Source: Nitrospira sp. (GTDB lineage: Bacteria > Nitrospirota > Nitrospiria > Nitrospirales > Nitrospiraceae). Taken from it: DNA of 64,000 bases. Under the pieces are notes generated by a model. It worked only from the letters and a program-made list of their open reading frames with translations. It did no database searches and had not been told where the DNA came from. Where the stretch lies: positions 3,296,001-3,360,000 of the forward strand of contig AP038806.1 in assembly GCA_047150005.1 (NCBI GenBank), written 5' to 3'. The position numbers and the translations under genes were made by a program. Shown in pieces: positions 20,160 to 30,741 of the stretch. The first letter of the stretch is position 1, and every line of letters starts with the position of its first letter.

Positions 20160-21803
20160 ATGACGACTGCAGAACTGCTGGTTCGCTGTCTGGAGAATGA
20201 AGGGGTGCGATTCGTTTTTGCGCTGCCGGGGGAGGAAACGCTGGGATTGACCGATGCGCTTCTCGACTCCGGCATTCACGTCGTGCACACCAGGCACGAG
20301 CAAGGCGCCGCCTTCATGGCTGACGTGTATGGCCGCCTGTCCGGGAAGGCGGGCGTCTGCCTCTCGACGCTGGGACCCGGCGCGACCAATCTCACGACCG
20401 GAATTGTGGACGCGTATCTGGACCGGGCGCCGCTTGTCGCCATCACCGGTCAGGTCTCGCTCAATCGTCGCCACAAGGAATCCCACCAGTATATCGACGT
20501 CATTTCCATGCTGAAACCGGTCACCAAGTGGAATACGTCGATTCCGAAGAGTGAGGTCGTCCCGGAGGCGATTCGCAAGGCGTTTAAAGTGGCGCAGATG
20601 GAAAAACCCGGGTCAACGCATCTGGAATTGCCCGAGGACATAGCGGATCAAGCAATCGGAGGCGCAGACCGAATATCGGAGCCGCTGTTCGTGCAGGCGC
20701 CGGCTGCGCCGGAGCCGTCGCCCGTACAGATCACCCGTGCCGTCGAGTCGATCCGCCGGGCACAGCGGCCGCTGATCCTTGCGGGCAACGGAGTCGTCCG
20801 GGGTCGCGCGCATGAGGAAGTTCGGCAGTTTGCCCGTCAACTGGATATTCCCGTCCTGCATACGTTCATGGCCAAGGGCGTCATGCCGGACAGCGATCGA
20901 CTGTCGCTGTATACGCTCGGACTGCAAGCCAGAGATTATTCGGCTTCGGTGATGGAACGAGCCGATGTCGTCATCGCGCTCGGTTACGATTTCGTCGAGT
21001 ATGCGCCCTGCTTTTGGAATCCGGATCGCAACAAACACATCGTGCATATCGACCCCTCGCCGGCCGAAGTGGACGAGCATTACATCGTGGATGTGGGACT
21101 GTTGGGCGACATTCGATTGGCCTTGGGGCAGATTGCGCCGCGCCTCGCGCCGTTCGGCTCCGACTGGGCGAACGAGGCACGCGCCACGGTCGTCGAAGGA
21201 TTTGCCTCGGAACTCCAGGGCGGTTCGTCCGGTCCGATACGGCCTCAGTGGCTCATGAGAGAGTTGCGCGCCGCGCTGGGATCGGACGACATCATCATCT
21301 GCGATGTCGGTGCGCATAAGCTCTGGATGGCAAGGATGTTCCCTTGTGAGCTTCCCAATTCCTGCATCATCTCGAACGGTTTTGCCGCGATGGGCATTGC
21401 GGTGCCCGGCGCCGTCTCGGCGAAGCTGCTGCATCCTGAGCGGCGAGTGGTCGCCGTGACGGGGGACGGCGGATTTCTGATGAATTCTCAAGAACTGGAA
21501 ACCGCCGTGCGGCTTCGCCTGCCGTTGGTCGTATTGGTCTGGCGAGACAACGGATACGGGGTGATCCGTTGGAAGCAGATGGTGCGGTTCGGCCGCAGCG
21601 CATCGGTGGACTTCGGCAACCCCGATCTGGTTCGCTATGCCGAGAGTTTCGGAGCCAAAGGGTACCGCATCACAGACTTGTCGGAACTCGGTCCCGTGTT
21701 GACCGAGGCGTTGCAAAGCGCCCTGCCTGTTGTTATCGACTGCACCGTGGATTACGAAGAGAATCTCCGCTTGACCGATCGCCTGAAGGTTCTTCACCGG
21801 TAA
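20160..21803 (+). CDS. Acetolactate synthase large subunit-like ThDP enzyme (no small subunit adjacent)
   Basis: RHEQGAAFMA, GPGATN, GDGGFLMN...DNGYG. Confidence 0.88.
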   Translation: MTTAELLVRCLENEGVRFVFALPGEETLGLTDALLDSGIHVVHTRHEQGAAFMADVYGRLSGKAGVCLSTLGPGATNLTTGIVDAYLDRAPLVAITGQVSLNRRHKESHQYIDVISMLKPVTKWNTSIPKSEVVPEAIRKAFKVAQMEKPGSTHLELPEDIADQAIGGADRISEPLFVQAPAAPEPSPVQITRAVESIRRAQRPLILAGNGVVRGRAHEEVRQFARQLDIPVLHTFMAKGVMPDSDRLSLYTLGLQARDYSASVMERADVVIALGYDFVEYAPCFWNPDRNKHIVHIDPSPAEVDEHYIVDVGLLGDIRLALGQIAPRLAPFGSDWANEARATVVEGFASELQGGSSGPIRPQWLMRELRAALGSDDIIICDVGAHKLWMARMFPCELPNSCIISNGFAAMGIAVPGAVSAKLLHPERRVVAVTGDGGFLMNSQELETAVRLRLPLVVLVWRDNGYGVIRWKQMVRFGRSASVDFGNPDLVRYAESFGAKGYRITDLSELGPVLTEALQSALPVVIDCTVDYEENLRLTDRLKVLHR

Positions 21804-21946
21804 TCGCGGACGGGCTTCATCAGGATCGGCGTCACAATCATTCCGACAGCGCAACTCGGTGAGAGAACGTGCCGCGTCGATTGATGTCGGGATCGGCAAT
21901 AAGCGGCCGCTCGGGTACTTGATGCGGCACGGCGGGCGCTATCGCA

Positions 21947-22654
21947 TTACCTGGTCACGATGAATGTCACCGGCACGCCCGCATTGCCGGAGCCGGATGT
22001 GGCCGTGACGGTGACGGTCGATGTACCGGCCGGGGTGCCTGTCGCCGGAGGTGCTCCACCGGAAGTATTCGCCGGTGGAGCAGACGAATCACCGCCGTTG
22101 CAGCTCAACAGGCCGGCCAGCGTGACCGTGACGAAGCAGGCTGCGGCAAGGCTCAGCATGCCATCGATCCCGCGACGTCGCGCAAGGAGGCCGACCGGGA
22201 TCAGACCAACAGGTGCCAAGAGCCAGCCGAACATCGTGCTGGAGATTCCGGAAGGCCGGAGGGCCACGGGTCCTCCGGCCGTGGTGATGGTCAACGTCGT
22301 TTTGATCGGACCGCCGGCCGGGGTCATCGTCGCAGGATTAAACGAGCAACTTGCGCCGACCGGCAACCCGCCGCAACCGAAAGTGACCGGCTGAGTGAAT
22401 CCTGTATCGGGTGTGACTGTAATGGTCGTTGAGCCGCTCTGACCGGCGGCCACAGAAAGTTGATTGGGAGCGGCGCCGAGCGTGAAGCGGGCTACGCCAT
22501 TCGTCGTGCATGGCCCGCCGATGTCGTCGTCGCAAACTTGTGCAATGAACGCGACGGTCTCGTTTGGCCCTGTTTGTGGCGTGGTCGCCGCGCCTTGAAT
22601 CCATTGTCCGTCCGGTGAGACGCCGGTGACGGAGACGAGACTGACGCCGGTCAT
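21947..22654 (-). pseudogene. C-terminal remnant of a surface protein (last repeat, Ig-like domain, TM/lipobox-like tail)
   Basis: Begins mid-repeat (MTGVSLVSVTGVSPDGQWIQG), with no signal peptide or RBS and an in-frame stop 9 codons upstream; Thr/Gly-rich Ig-like segment (FGCGGLPVGASCSFNP). Confidence 0.55.
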
Positions 22655-22889
22655 ATCGTTGGTGTCTGTTGATCCGTGTCACATCCTTCGCTAGAATCAC
22701 GCCCCCATCCGCCCGCGATGCTTCTCCCTGTGCTGGAGGTTCCCATGCCCGTCTCCTTCGCGTTCCTCGAAGTGCGGTTTGCCGTCCCTCCCGCAAGCCA
22801 AGTCCTGGGGCAACTGGGGCGACCGGCGTCGTGGGCGCAGTGTCAACGAATGGGGGTGCATAATTTTCAGTTGCTCCGGACGAATTGAA

Positions 22890-24179
22890 ATGCAAACCAA
22901 ACCGCTCGTCCAAGGGCGCAGGCAAATACCCTCCGCCATCATGCTCGTCACAACCTTCTTGTATGGAGTATTCATCAGTCCCATCTTCGGAGCCGAGAGC
23001 TTTCTCGACACAGAATGCCTGCACAAAGCCCCGGCCGGCATTGCTCTTCAAGGCCATGTCGCCAAAGCCAAAGCCGGAGACGTGCAATCGATGTTCTGCG
23101 CTGGAGCCATCAGGCTCTACGTGTCAAGGGAGTACAATGAAGCGATTCCCTGGTTGGAAAAAGCGGCGAATGCCGGTCATATGAGGGCACCGCTCGTGCT
23201 GGGGATTCTCTATGAACAAGGGAGCGGCGTAAAAGAAGACGCGGCAACGGCTGCCAAGTGGTACCAGAAAGGTATCGACAACGGGAATGCAGCGGCGGCG
23301 CGTCGTCTGGCGAATCTGTATCACCTCGGAACCGGCGTTCCGCACGATGAGGCCAAGTCGAATGAGCTTCTCAAGAAGGCTGTCGAAATGGGCGATAAGG
23401 CTGCCCCGAAGTTTATCGAAAGGCGAGAGAAGGATCTGACGGATACCAGACCGGGCATGAATATCAAAGCCGAAGCCTACCGCATGTACAAACAGAAAAA
23501 CTTCGATCAAGCCGCAAAGCTGTATACCCAGTGCGCGAACATGGGCAATGACGACTGTCAGCTTGCGATCGGTCAGCTGTATGAGTTCGGGGAAGGCGTG
23601 CCCAAGAACGAGAAACAGGCAGCATTTTGGTATAAGAAATCGGCGGATCAAGGCAATGCCATCGGTCAGAAGACGCTTGGATTACTGTATGAACTCGGAA
23701 AGGGTGTTCCGGAAAATTGGGCTGAAGCGTTTCGTCTCTATTCCAAAGGGGCAGAGAAATTCCAAGACTCGACATTCGCTATAGGCCGCATGTACGAGTT
23801 CGGTATGAGCGTGCCGCAAAATCGTGCGATCGCAATAGAGTGGTTCAAGAAAGCGGATAAGCTCGGACATCCCAAGGGCGCCTATTGGGCCAAATGGCTC
23901 AACGATTACAGCAACTGCATAGGATTCCGAAACCAACAGGAACAGAACGAGATACGAGGATTGCGCTGTCCTGCCGATCCTGTCGGTGTTATTTTTCACA
24001 ACAGCGGCCAGCGAACGGCCTACATTCGACGGATGGCCAAAGAGTTCGATCGTATCGAAGCCGAGCAGGCGATGGCCCAAGCTGCACTCTCAAGCCAAAC
24101 GACAGACACCGGATGCACGATGGCCGGCGGCAGATGGACACCGGACAGGCAGGCCACCTTCCGCGGTTCCTGCAACTAG
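22890..24179 (+). CDS. Sel1-like repeat exported protein
   Basis: Repeated LG.LYE.G.GV......A..WY.KAA units; hydrophobic N-terminus; start could be 22941. Confidence 0.9.
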   Translation: MQTKPLVQGRRQIPSAIMLVTTFLYGVFISPIFGAESFLDTECLHKAPAGIALQGHVAKAKAGDVQSMFCAGAIRLYVSREYNEAIPWLEKAANAGHMRAPLVLGILYEQGSGVKEDAATAAKWYQKGIDNGNAAAARRLANLYHLGTGVPHDEAKSNELLKKAVEMGDKAAPKFIERREKDLTDTRPGMNIKAEAYRMYKQKNFDQAAKLYTQCANMGNDDCQLAIGQLYEFGEGVPKNEKQAAFWYKKSADQGNAIGQKTLGLLYELGKGVPENWAEAFRLYSKGAEKFQDSTFAIGRMYEFGMSVPQNRAIAIEWFKKADKLGHPKGAYWAKWLNDYSNCIGFRNQQEQNEIRGLRCPADPVGVIFHNSGQRTAYIRRMAKEFDRIEAEQAMAQAALSSQTTDTGCTMAGGRWTPDRQATFRGSCN

Positions 24180-24254
24180 ACGGAGAATTGAGTGCGTCTA
24201 GGAAGGGATTGGGACTTGGCCTGCTCCCTGGTGCGGGTACGGTCTCCTGCGTTC

Positions 24255-25598
24255 TTACGGCACAGACTCGTACTTCTTCAGCTTGCTGAGGAGCGTCTTG
24301 TAGTCGATCCCGAGGATTTTGGCCGCTTGCGTTTTATTTCCGTCGCAGGCGTCGAGCACCAGCTTGATGTGCCGCTGTTCGATTTCTTCCAGAGAGGTGC
24401 GGGACAGATCGACCTGATGGACCGCGTCGAGTGACTGCGGAAGAACCTGTCGGACCTCGTCGTCCGTGATGGCGCCCTGGTCCGTGCCCAGCATCACGAG
24501 GCGTTCGATGACATTGCGCAGTTCTCGAATGTTGCCCGGCCACTGGTAGGAGATCAAGCATTTGAGCGCTTCGGAGGACAGCCGGCGATTCGAAGATCCG
24601 GGGGCTCGGACGTGGCGGAGTAGATGTTCCGCCAGGAGCGAAATGTCTTCCCGCCGCTCGCGAAGCGGGGGAACGTGCAGGGTGACGGTATTGATTCGAT
24701 AGAGAAGGTCTTCTCGGAAGCGTCCTTGCCCAACCAGCGCCCGCACGTCCTGGTTTGTCGCCCCGACGAGGCGCACGTCGGCGTGCAGGGTTCTCGTGCT
24801 TCCAACCGGGCGGTATTCGCCTTGATCAAGAAACCGCAGGAGACTCACTTGCATCGGTCCCTGCATCTCGCCGATTTCGTCAAGAAAGAGCGTGCCGCCT
24901 TCCGCGGCTTCGACGAGACCGAGCTTGGCTGAGGTCGCGCCGGTGAAGGCTCCTCGTTCGTGGCCGAACAGCTCGCTTTCCAGCAACTCCCGGCTCACGG
25001 CGCCGCAATTGATGGACAAGAACGGTCCGCTCGACCTGGCGCTGAGATCGTGCAGAAGCCGGGCGACCACTTCCTTGCCCGATCCGGTTTCGCCTTGTAC
25101 GAGCACCGGCGCGTTCGAAGGGGCGACCTTTCCAATTTGGGTTCTGAGCTGTCGCCAGGCTTGGCTCGTTCCGTCGACGATCACGTTGCGAGTAAATCCG
25201 CCGTGGCGGGCCGCGACGTTCTCTTTCCGCAATGCGCGCATGGTGCGAAGTTTGGCCAAGGCCGACTTGACGACGGTTGGGTCGAACGGTGTGTCCTTGA
25301 GCAGAAAGTCCCACGCGCCCTGCTTCATGGCCTCGACGGCGTCTTTGACGTCGCCGTGTCCGGTCAACATCACCACATCGACGTCCGGTTGGTGCTCCTT
25401 GACCCATTTCAAAACGGCCCTGCCGTCGGTTCCGGGCATGCGAAGATCGGTGATCACAAAGTCAAACGTGGTCGATTGGAGCAGCTCGATGCCGCTCTTG
25501 CCATTCTTGGCCGCGGTTACTGCACACCCTTCCTCACGGAGCGCCTGCTCCAGCACCAGGCGGACGTATTCCTCGTCGTCAACAATGAGCGCGTGCAT
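24255..25598 (-). CDS. Sigma54-dependent response regulator (NtrC/AtoC family)
   Basis: Receiver (LIVDDE, D, K), GETGSGKE, GAFTGA, FLDEIG, WPGNIREL, Fis HTH. Confidence 0.95.
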   Translation of the reverse strand: MHALIVDDEEYVRLVLEQALREEGCAVTAAKNGKSGIELLQSTTFDFVITDLRMPGTDGRAVLKWVKEHQPDVDVVMLTGHGDVKDAVEAMKQGAWDFLLKDTPFDPTVVKSALAKLRTMRALRKENVAARHGGFTRNVIVDGTSQAWRQLRTQIGKVAPSNAPVLVQGETGSGKEVVARLLHDLSARSSGPFLSINCGAVSRELLESELFGHERGAFTGATSAKLGLVEAAEGGTLFLDEIGEMQGPMQVSLLRFLDQGEYRPVGSTRTLHADVRLVGATNQDVRALVGQGRFREDLLYRINTVTLHVPPLRERREDISLLAEHLLRHVRAPGSSNRRLSSEALKCLISYQWPGNIRELRNVIERLVMLGTDQGAITDDEVRQVLPQSLDAVHQVDLSRTSLEEIEQRHIKLVLDACDGNKTQAAKILGIDYKTLLSKLKKYESVP

Positions 25599-25709
25599 GA
25601 TGTTGTGTCCATCCATCGGATGAAGTCTCTCCGCCGAGCACGGCCAGCGGCCTGCTCCAACCACGGTCAGGATTGGAAAACACGCGTCCGTGTGTCATAG
25701 GCCGTAGAC

Positions 25710-27278
25710 CTATGCCGATGACGTGTCCCTCGCAGATGACTGCGCGGGGAACGCCAAACTAAACGTGCTGCCCCTGCCGGGCGTCGATTCGACCCAGACT
25801 CGACCGTGATGTTTGTCCATGACCAGCTTCACGATCGCCAGTCCGACCCCGGTTCCTTCGTAGTCCTGAGGGCCGTGGAGCCTCTCGAACAATCCGAAGA
25901 TTTTCTTGGTCTGATCCGCTTCGATGCCGATACCGTTATCAGTGATTCGGATGACCCGTTGAGCGGATTCCTCGGCCCCATCGATGCGGATCTCCGGATC
26001 GGTTCTGCCGCGGGAAAATTTGACGGCATTGTCGAACAGATTGGCGAGAGCCTGGCGGACGCTGACCGGCTCGCCGTAGAGCTCGCTGAATGGCAGATCG
26101 ATGCGAACCACCCGATCGGAGATCTGTCCGGAGGCCAGCCGGTCGTTGACCAGGTTGTACATCATGTCTCTCACGTTGAACCGTTGTTTGGGAAGTTCCT
26201 GTTGCTCAAGCCTGGAATACTTCAGCAACGCGTCGATCATGTGCGTCAGTCGAATGGCGGAGGACCTGATGACGCCGATATGGTGATTGGCTTGCGCGTC
26301 GCCGGAATCGGCGAACTGCTTCTCCAACAGGGACGAGAATCCTTCGATCTCACGCAAGGGACCTTTGAGGTCATGCGCGATGGAATAGGTAAAGGCTTCG
26401 AGCTCCCTGGTCTTGCGCATGAGGGCGGTGCTTTGTTCCCGCAAGCTGGTCAGCATGGTGGTCAGCGAGCCGGCAAGCGTGCCGACCTCGTCGAGGCTTG
26501 GCCAAGGCAGGAATCGGGCGGTGAGGTCATGGTGGGCGACTTGATCGGCGGTAGCAGCCAGCGCCGTGAGCGGCCGGGCGATGTGTCTCGTGGCCAGCGC
26601 GTAGGTGGCGGCAATCACCAGGCCCAACAGGAACGCCAAGGTCAAGGCGATGAGCCGCGCGCGAGCGAGCAGACGGTCCCCTTCGTGCTTCATCTCAATG
26701 TCGATCTGTGCATGCGCTTCGACGAGTTGATTGAGGCCGTCGAGAACCTGCGTCATGAGCCGATCGGTCACCGCCATGTCCAGCCTGGAAGGCGCGGGTT
26801 GCGTCGGCAGGCGTTTCCATGCGGCGGTCAGCTCGGCCAGCGAAGCGGCAACATCCTCGATCGCCCGATCTTCCTTGTCCGCGAGGTCGGTCCGCTGATG
26901 CTCTTCCAGCATCCCGTACAGGATCGGATGGGTGCGCGCCGCATGCGTACGCCTATAGAGGTCCAGCGCGTTCCGGATATCCGCTGTGTGGCGATCGATT
27001 TCTGCAAGCGTGTCGGCCAGAGAGTCGGACGAGTTGCGTGTGCCATGAAGGTGTAGGGCCAGCTTCAAGTCGTAGGCATCGCGTTGCATGTCGGCGGCCG
27101 TGACGATGGCGGGTACCGTGATCCGCTTGTGTCGGTCGACATAACTGTTGATGCGAGAGAGATAGAACAAGAGCGCCGTCAGGCTCAGCGCCAGGAGAGA
27201 CAGGATCAGCCCGAAAGAGACGAGCAACTTTTGGCCGATCGAGAGATGGCGAAACCACCCCGTCGGAGAGCGGTTCAT
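25710..27278 (-). CDS. Membrane sensor histidine kinase (four-helix sensor, HAMP, HisKA, HATPase)
   Basis: Two TM, DEVG HAMP, SIAHDLKGPL, NLFDNAVKF, DNGIG, GTGVGLA. Confidence 0.93.
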   Translation of the reverse strand: MNRSPTGWFRHLSIGQKLLVSFGLILSLLALSLTALLFYLSRINSYVDRHKRITVPAIVTAADMQRDAYDLKLALHLHGTRNSSDSLADTLAEIDRHTADIRNALDLYRRTHAARTHPILYGMLEEHQRTDLADKEDRAIEDVAASLAELTAAWKRLPTQPAPSRLDMAVTDRLMTQVLDGLNQLVEAHAQIDIEMKHEGDRLLARARLIALTLAFLLGLVIAATYALATRHIARPLTALAATADQVAHHDLTARFLPWPSLDEVGTLAGSLTTMLTSLREQSTALMRKTRELEAFTYSIAHDLKGPLREIEGFSSLLEKQFADSGDAQANHHIGVIRSSAIRLTHMIDALLKYSRLEQQELPKQRFNVRDMMYNLVNDRLASGQISDRVVRIDLPFSELYGEPVSVRQALANLFDNAVKFSRGRTDPEIRIDGAEESAQRVIRITDNGIGIEADQTKKIFGLFERLHGPQDYEGTGVGLAIVKLVMDKHHGRVWVESTPGRGSTFSLAFPAQSSARDTSSA

Positions 27279-27332
27279 GGCGCTACCGTATCACAGGGAG
27301 AATCTCTCCGCCAGTTGAACCGGCCCCAACCC

Positions 27333-28103
27333 CTAGTGCTGGGCTGTTCCCCACCGGCGATGGAGGAACCGCTCAATCGGGGCGAACAAAGTCTTGTCCA
27401 CCGCGAGACCGATCACGACGATGACCAGCATGACGCCGATGACTTGATCCATCGCATTCAATTCCCGGCCATAATGCAGCAGATGTCCGAGGCCGAACCC
27501 CGTCAGAATCGTTACGAAGATTTCCGCGGCCATGAGTGAGCGCCAGGCGAATGCCCAGCCTTGCTTCATCCCGCTCAGGAGGAAGGGGAGCGCTGCCGGC
27601 AGGACCACATGGGTCCAGGTGTGCAGGCCGGTCGAGCCCATACTCCGTGCCGCGCGTGTGTAGATGGGCGGGATGGTCCTCACGCCGTTGTCGGTCGCGA
27701 TGATCAGCGACCAGAGGGTTCCCATCACGACGACAAAGAGCATGGCGGATTCGGTCTGTCCGAACCAGAGTAAGGCCAGCGGTACCCAACAGACGCTGGG
27801 AAGGGTCTGGAGTCCGAGCGCCAGGATTCCGATCGTGTCGTGACTCCATCGGGAGGATGCCGTCAGGAGGCCGAGAGGAAGACCCACCACAATGCCCAGA
27901 CCATACCCGATGAGCAGCCGCCGAACGGTGACGACGGTGGACTCCCAAAGCGTCCCGTCCTGGGCGGCGCCCCAGAGATAGTCGAAGACGCTGGCGGGGG
28001 AAGGGAGAAGGAGAGGAGACCAGATGTGGGCTTGCACCGCGAGATGCCAGGCGAGGACCAGTCCGACAAAAAAAAGCGCGGCAGAGAGCCATCGCGCGAT
28101 CAT
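27333..28103 (-). CDS. ABC transporter permease, NitT/TauT (SsuC-like)
   Basis: LLPSP, QTLPSVCWVPLALLWFG, WRSLMAAE. Confidence 0.9.
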   Translation of the reverse strand: MIARWLSAALFFVGLVLAWHLAVQAHIWSPLLLPSPASVFDYLWGAAQDGTLWESTVVTVRRLLIGYGLGIVVGLPLGLLTASSRWSHDTIGILALGLQTLPSVCWVPLALLWFGQTESAMLFVVVMGTLWSLIIATDNGVRTIPPIYTRAARSMGSTGLHTWTHVVLPAALPFLLSGMKQGWAFAWRSLMAAEIFVTILTGFGLGHLLHYGRELNAMDQVIGVMLVIVVIGLAVDKTLFAPIERFLHRRWGTAQH

Positions 28104-28906
28104 CCCGCCACCTCCGACTGTACGTACCCTTTCAAGACTCGGGTGATTTCCGTTGCATAGCGGGCGAGTTCCACGCTGTTGATGTCGCGGGGTCTTGGAA
28201 GAGGAATGGCGAATTCTTCGCGAATGCGTCCCGGATGCGGGGAGAAAAGGATGACGCGGTCTCCGAGACAGACGGCCTCGCGCACGTTGTGCGTGACGAA
28301 GACGATGGTCTTGCGATGCTGACTCCAGATGCGCTGGATGTCGCCGTATAGTTGTTCGCGTGTCAACGCATCCAATGCGGCAAACGGCTCATCCATCAGC
28401 AACACGCTGGGCTGCGGTGCCAGCGCCCGGGCCAGCGCCACACGCTGCTTCATACCGCCGGAGAGTTCATGAACGTTGGAGTGCATGAACCGCTTCAAGC
28501 CGACGAGTTCGAGAAAGTACTCAGCCTTCTCCCGACGCTCCGTCGCATTCAATCCGCTGTTGAGTTTCAGGCCGAACAGCACGTTGCCCAGCACCGTGAG
28601 CCACGGGAACAGGGCGGCTTCCTGGAACATCATGAGGCGGTGCGGGCCCGGCCCGGCGATCGGCTGTCCGTCGGCCTGCACGAGGCCGCGGTCGGCCCGG
28701 TCGAGCCCGGCAATGATATTGAGCAACGTCGATTTTCCGCAGCCGCTCGGTCCCACGAGACAGACAAACTCCCCTTCGGCGATGCGAAGCGTGACATCGT
28801 CGAGCGCATGAACGTTCAACGAGCGGGTTTGGAACCACTTCGACACATGTTCGAGAACCAGTTTCGTGTCGACAGCTCGTGCCGGAAGTTCTTGGGGGGC
28901 ATGCAT
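28100..28906 (-). CDS. ABC transporter ATP-binding protein, NitT/TauT (SsuB-like)
   Basis: GPSGCGKS, LSGGMKQR, LLMDEPFAALD, VTH. Confidence 0.93.
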   Translation of the reverse strand: MHAPQELPARAVDTKLVLEHVSKWFQTRSLNVHALDDVTLRIAEGEFVCLVGPSGCGKSTLLNIIAGLDRADRGLVQADGQPIAGPGPHRLMMFQEAALFPWLTVLGNVLFGLKLNSGLNATERREKAEYFLELVGLKRFMHSNVHELSGGMKQRVALARALAPQPSVLLMDEPFAALDALTREQLYGDIQRIWSQHRKTIVFVTHNVREAVCLGDRVILFSPHPGRIREEFAIPLPRPRDINSVELARYATEITRVLKGYVQSEVAG

Positions 28907-28907
28907 G

Positions 28908-29876
28908 TCAGTGCAGTCTCTCTATCAGCCGGGACAGGTCAGGGACTTTGCGGATGAAACCAGCCTGCTGGGCGTTCGCGACGAAGTGTTGGTATTCCTC
29001 AAGTGAGACGTCGGTGGTCAACGAGATTCGTTTCCAGGCCAGCCCGATCAAATCCGCCGACACTTCCGCGCGGGTCTCGGCGGCCAGTTCCTCTCGGACC
29101 ATTCGCTTCGCTTCGTCCGGGTGGGCGAGAATCCACTCGGTCAATTCTCGATGGGCCTGTGCGAACTTTTTCACCAGTTCACGCTTTGCTTTCAGAAACT
29201 TTACGCTGGAGACGAGGATCGTGATGCTGTCCTTCGATTGTTCGACGAGGACTTTTCCTCCTGCATCGCGCTCCAACCGAGAGACCCATGGTTCCACGGT
29301 CCATACGGCATCGAGTTTTTTGCTCTTGAAGAGCCCAAACTGTTCCGGGTTCGGGGTCGGGACGACAAAGGCGTCACCGCCGGTTTGCGTGATCTTCAAC
29401 CCTCCGTTACTCAGCCACGCTCGGCAGGCGACATCCTGAGTGTTGCCAAGTTGCGGCGTCGCGATGGTCTTTCCGCGAAAATCCGCCGGCTGAGCGAAGC
29501 CGGAGTCCGGCTGGACGACGAGCGCGGCTCCCCCTGCAGCCGCCCCGGCGATGATGCGAATCTCGTCCCCACCGGATTTCGTATAGGTGTTCAACGTGGG
29601 GCTCGGGCCCACGTAGGTGAGGTCGATTGAATCTGCGAGGATCGCTTCCATCGCACTCGGTCCCGCGTTATAGATGTACCATTCGATTTTGACGTCCGTT
29701 CCGAGCCGCTCCTCAAACCAGCCGCGCCCGCCTCGCGAAAGATGCTGTGCGACCAGGCCTTGGACGTGGGTCACGTTGGGAAAATGCCCCACGCGGATCG
29801 TCTCGCCTGCGGCTGCGAAGGTTGGAAGGATAACCATGAACCAGGTGGCAAACGCAATCGAGGTGATGACAGACAT
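28908..29876 (-). CDS. ABC substrate-binding protein, aliphatic sulfonate (SsuA-like) family
   Basis: GHFPNVTH, AGPSAMEA, YVGPSP, ATPQLGNTQD, EPW. Confidence 0.85.
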   Translation of the reverse strand: MSVITSIAFATWFMVILPTFAAAGETIRVGHFPNVTHVQGLVAQHLSRGGRGWFEERLGTDVKIEWYIYNAGPSAMEAILADSIDLTYVGPSPTLNTYTKSGGDEIRIIAGAAAGGAALVVQPDSGFAQPADFRGKTIATPQLGNTQDVACRAWLSNGGLKITQTGGDAFVVPTPNPEQFGLFKSKKLDAVWTVEPWVSRLERDAGGKVLVEQSKDSITILVSSVKFLKAKRELVKKFAQAHRELTEWILAHPDEAKRMVREELAAETRAEVSADLIGLAWKRISLTTDVSLEEYQHFVANAQQAGFIRKVPDLSRLIERLH

Positions 29877-29884
29877 GGTGCTCC

Positions 29885-30655
29885 TTATCGTGATGATTCT
29901 TCATGTATGGCCATGAGAGGTCCATGGTTCCGAAGGGCGCGATCCCATCGGTGGGACGTGACACGGTACAGCGCGGATCTGGCCAGTAAACGTGTGGAAT
30001 CCAGGAGAGGAATCGGCGACAGCTCGTCGGATAGAATCAATGGAAGCTCGGTGCAACCCAAGATGACGGCCTCGGCTCCTCTGGCCGACAGCTCGGCAAT
30101 GACTTCCCGCAGGTATGTGCGCGACCTGGGGTTGATGTATCCTCCGATCAATTCAGTCCGGATAATGTGTTGAATACGGACCCGCGCGTGGGTATCCGGA
30201 ATCACGAGTTCGATTCCTCGTTTTACCAGATGTGGAAGATAAACCGTCCCTTCCATTACGGTCTGGGTGCCGAGAAGCCCTACGCGCCGAAACGTTCGAC
30301 CGGCCGCGTCCTCAGACACCGCTGCGGCGATGTGGAGCCAGGGCACCGGCGAGCGGATCAGGTCGTACGCACGGTGCAGCGTATTGTTGGGGCAGATGAT
30401 TAGATCCGCCCCCGCGAGCGCCAGTTTGCTCGCTGATTGCGATAAGAGATCCGCCACGCCAGGCCAATCGTCCCGATCGATAAGGTCGAAGTACGAGCGA
30501 AGCGAGAACGTGTGGAGCGTGATCTCCGGGTGGGCATGGTGCCCCATGAACTCCTCCGCCTCGTGGCACAATGTCCGATAGCAGAGGGCCGCACCTTCCG
30601 CCGTTCCGGCGACAATGCCGATGTGCGGGGTCTTCGCAAGGGGTGAGTCTGTCAT
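29885..30655 (-). CDS. Asp/Glu racemase family protein
   Basis: GADLIICPNNTLH, VGLLGT, VILGCTELP, DST. Confidence 0.88.
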   Translation of the reverse strand: MTDSPLAKTPHIGIVAGTAEGAALCYRTLCHEAEEFMGHHAHPEITLHTFSLRSYFDLIDRDDWPGVADLLSQSASKLALAGADLIICPNNTLHRAYDLIRSPVPWLHIAAAVSEDAAGRTFRRVGLLGTQTVMEGTVYLPHLVKRGIELVIPDTHARVRIQHIIRTELIGGYINPRSRTYLREVIAELSARGAEAVILGCTELPLILSDELSPIPLLDSTRLLARSALYRVTSHRWDRALRNHGPLMAIHEESSR

Positions 30656-30741
30656 AAGGCCTCCTGTTGCCTGTCGGACAGCCGCCGACAGATCGTCAGC
30701 GGCCGCCCGACAGCGACTTACGGATTCGACGGTTTGCCCGG

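Noticed and set aside
20160..21803. Calling the gene ilvB/ilvI of branched-chain amino-acid synthesis
   Set aside because: No regulatory subunit or ilv genes adjacent; substrate cannot be fixed from sequence
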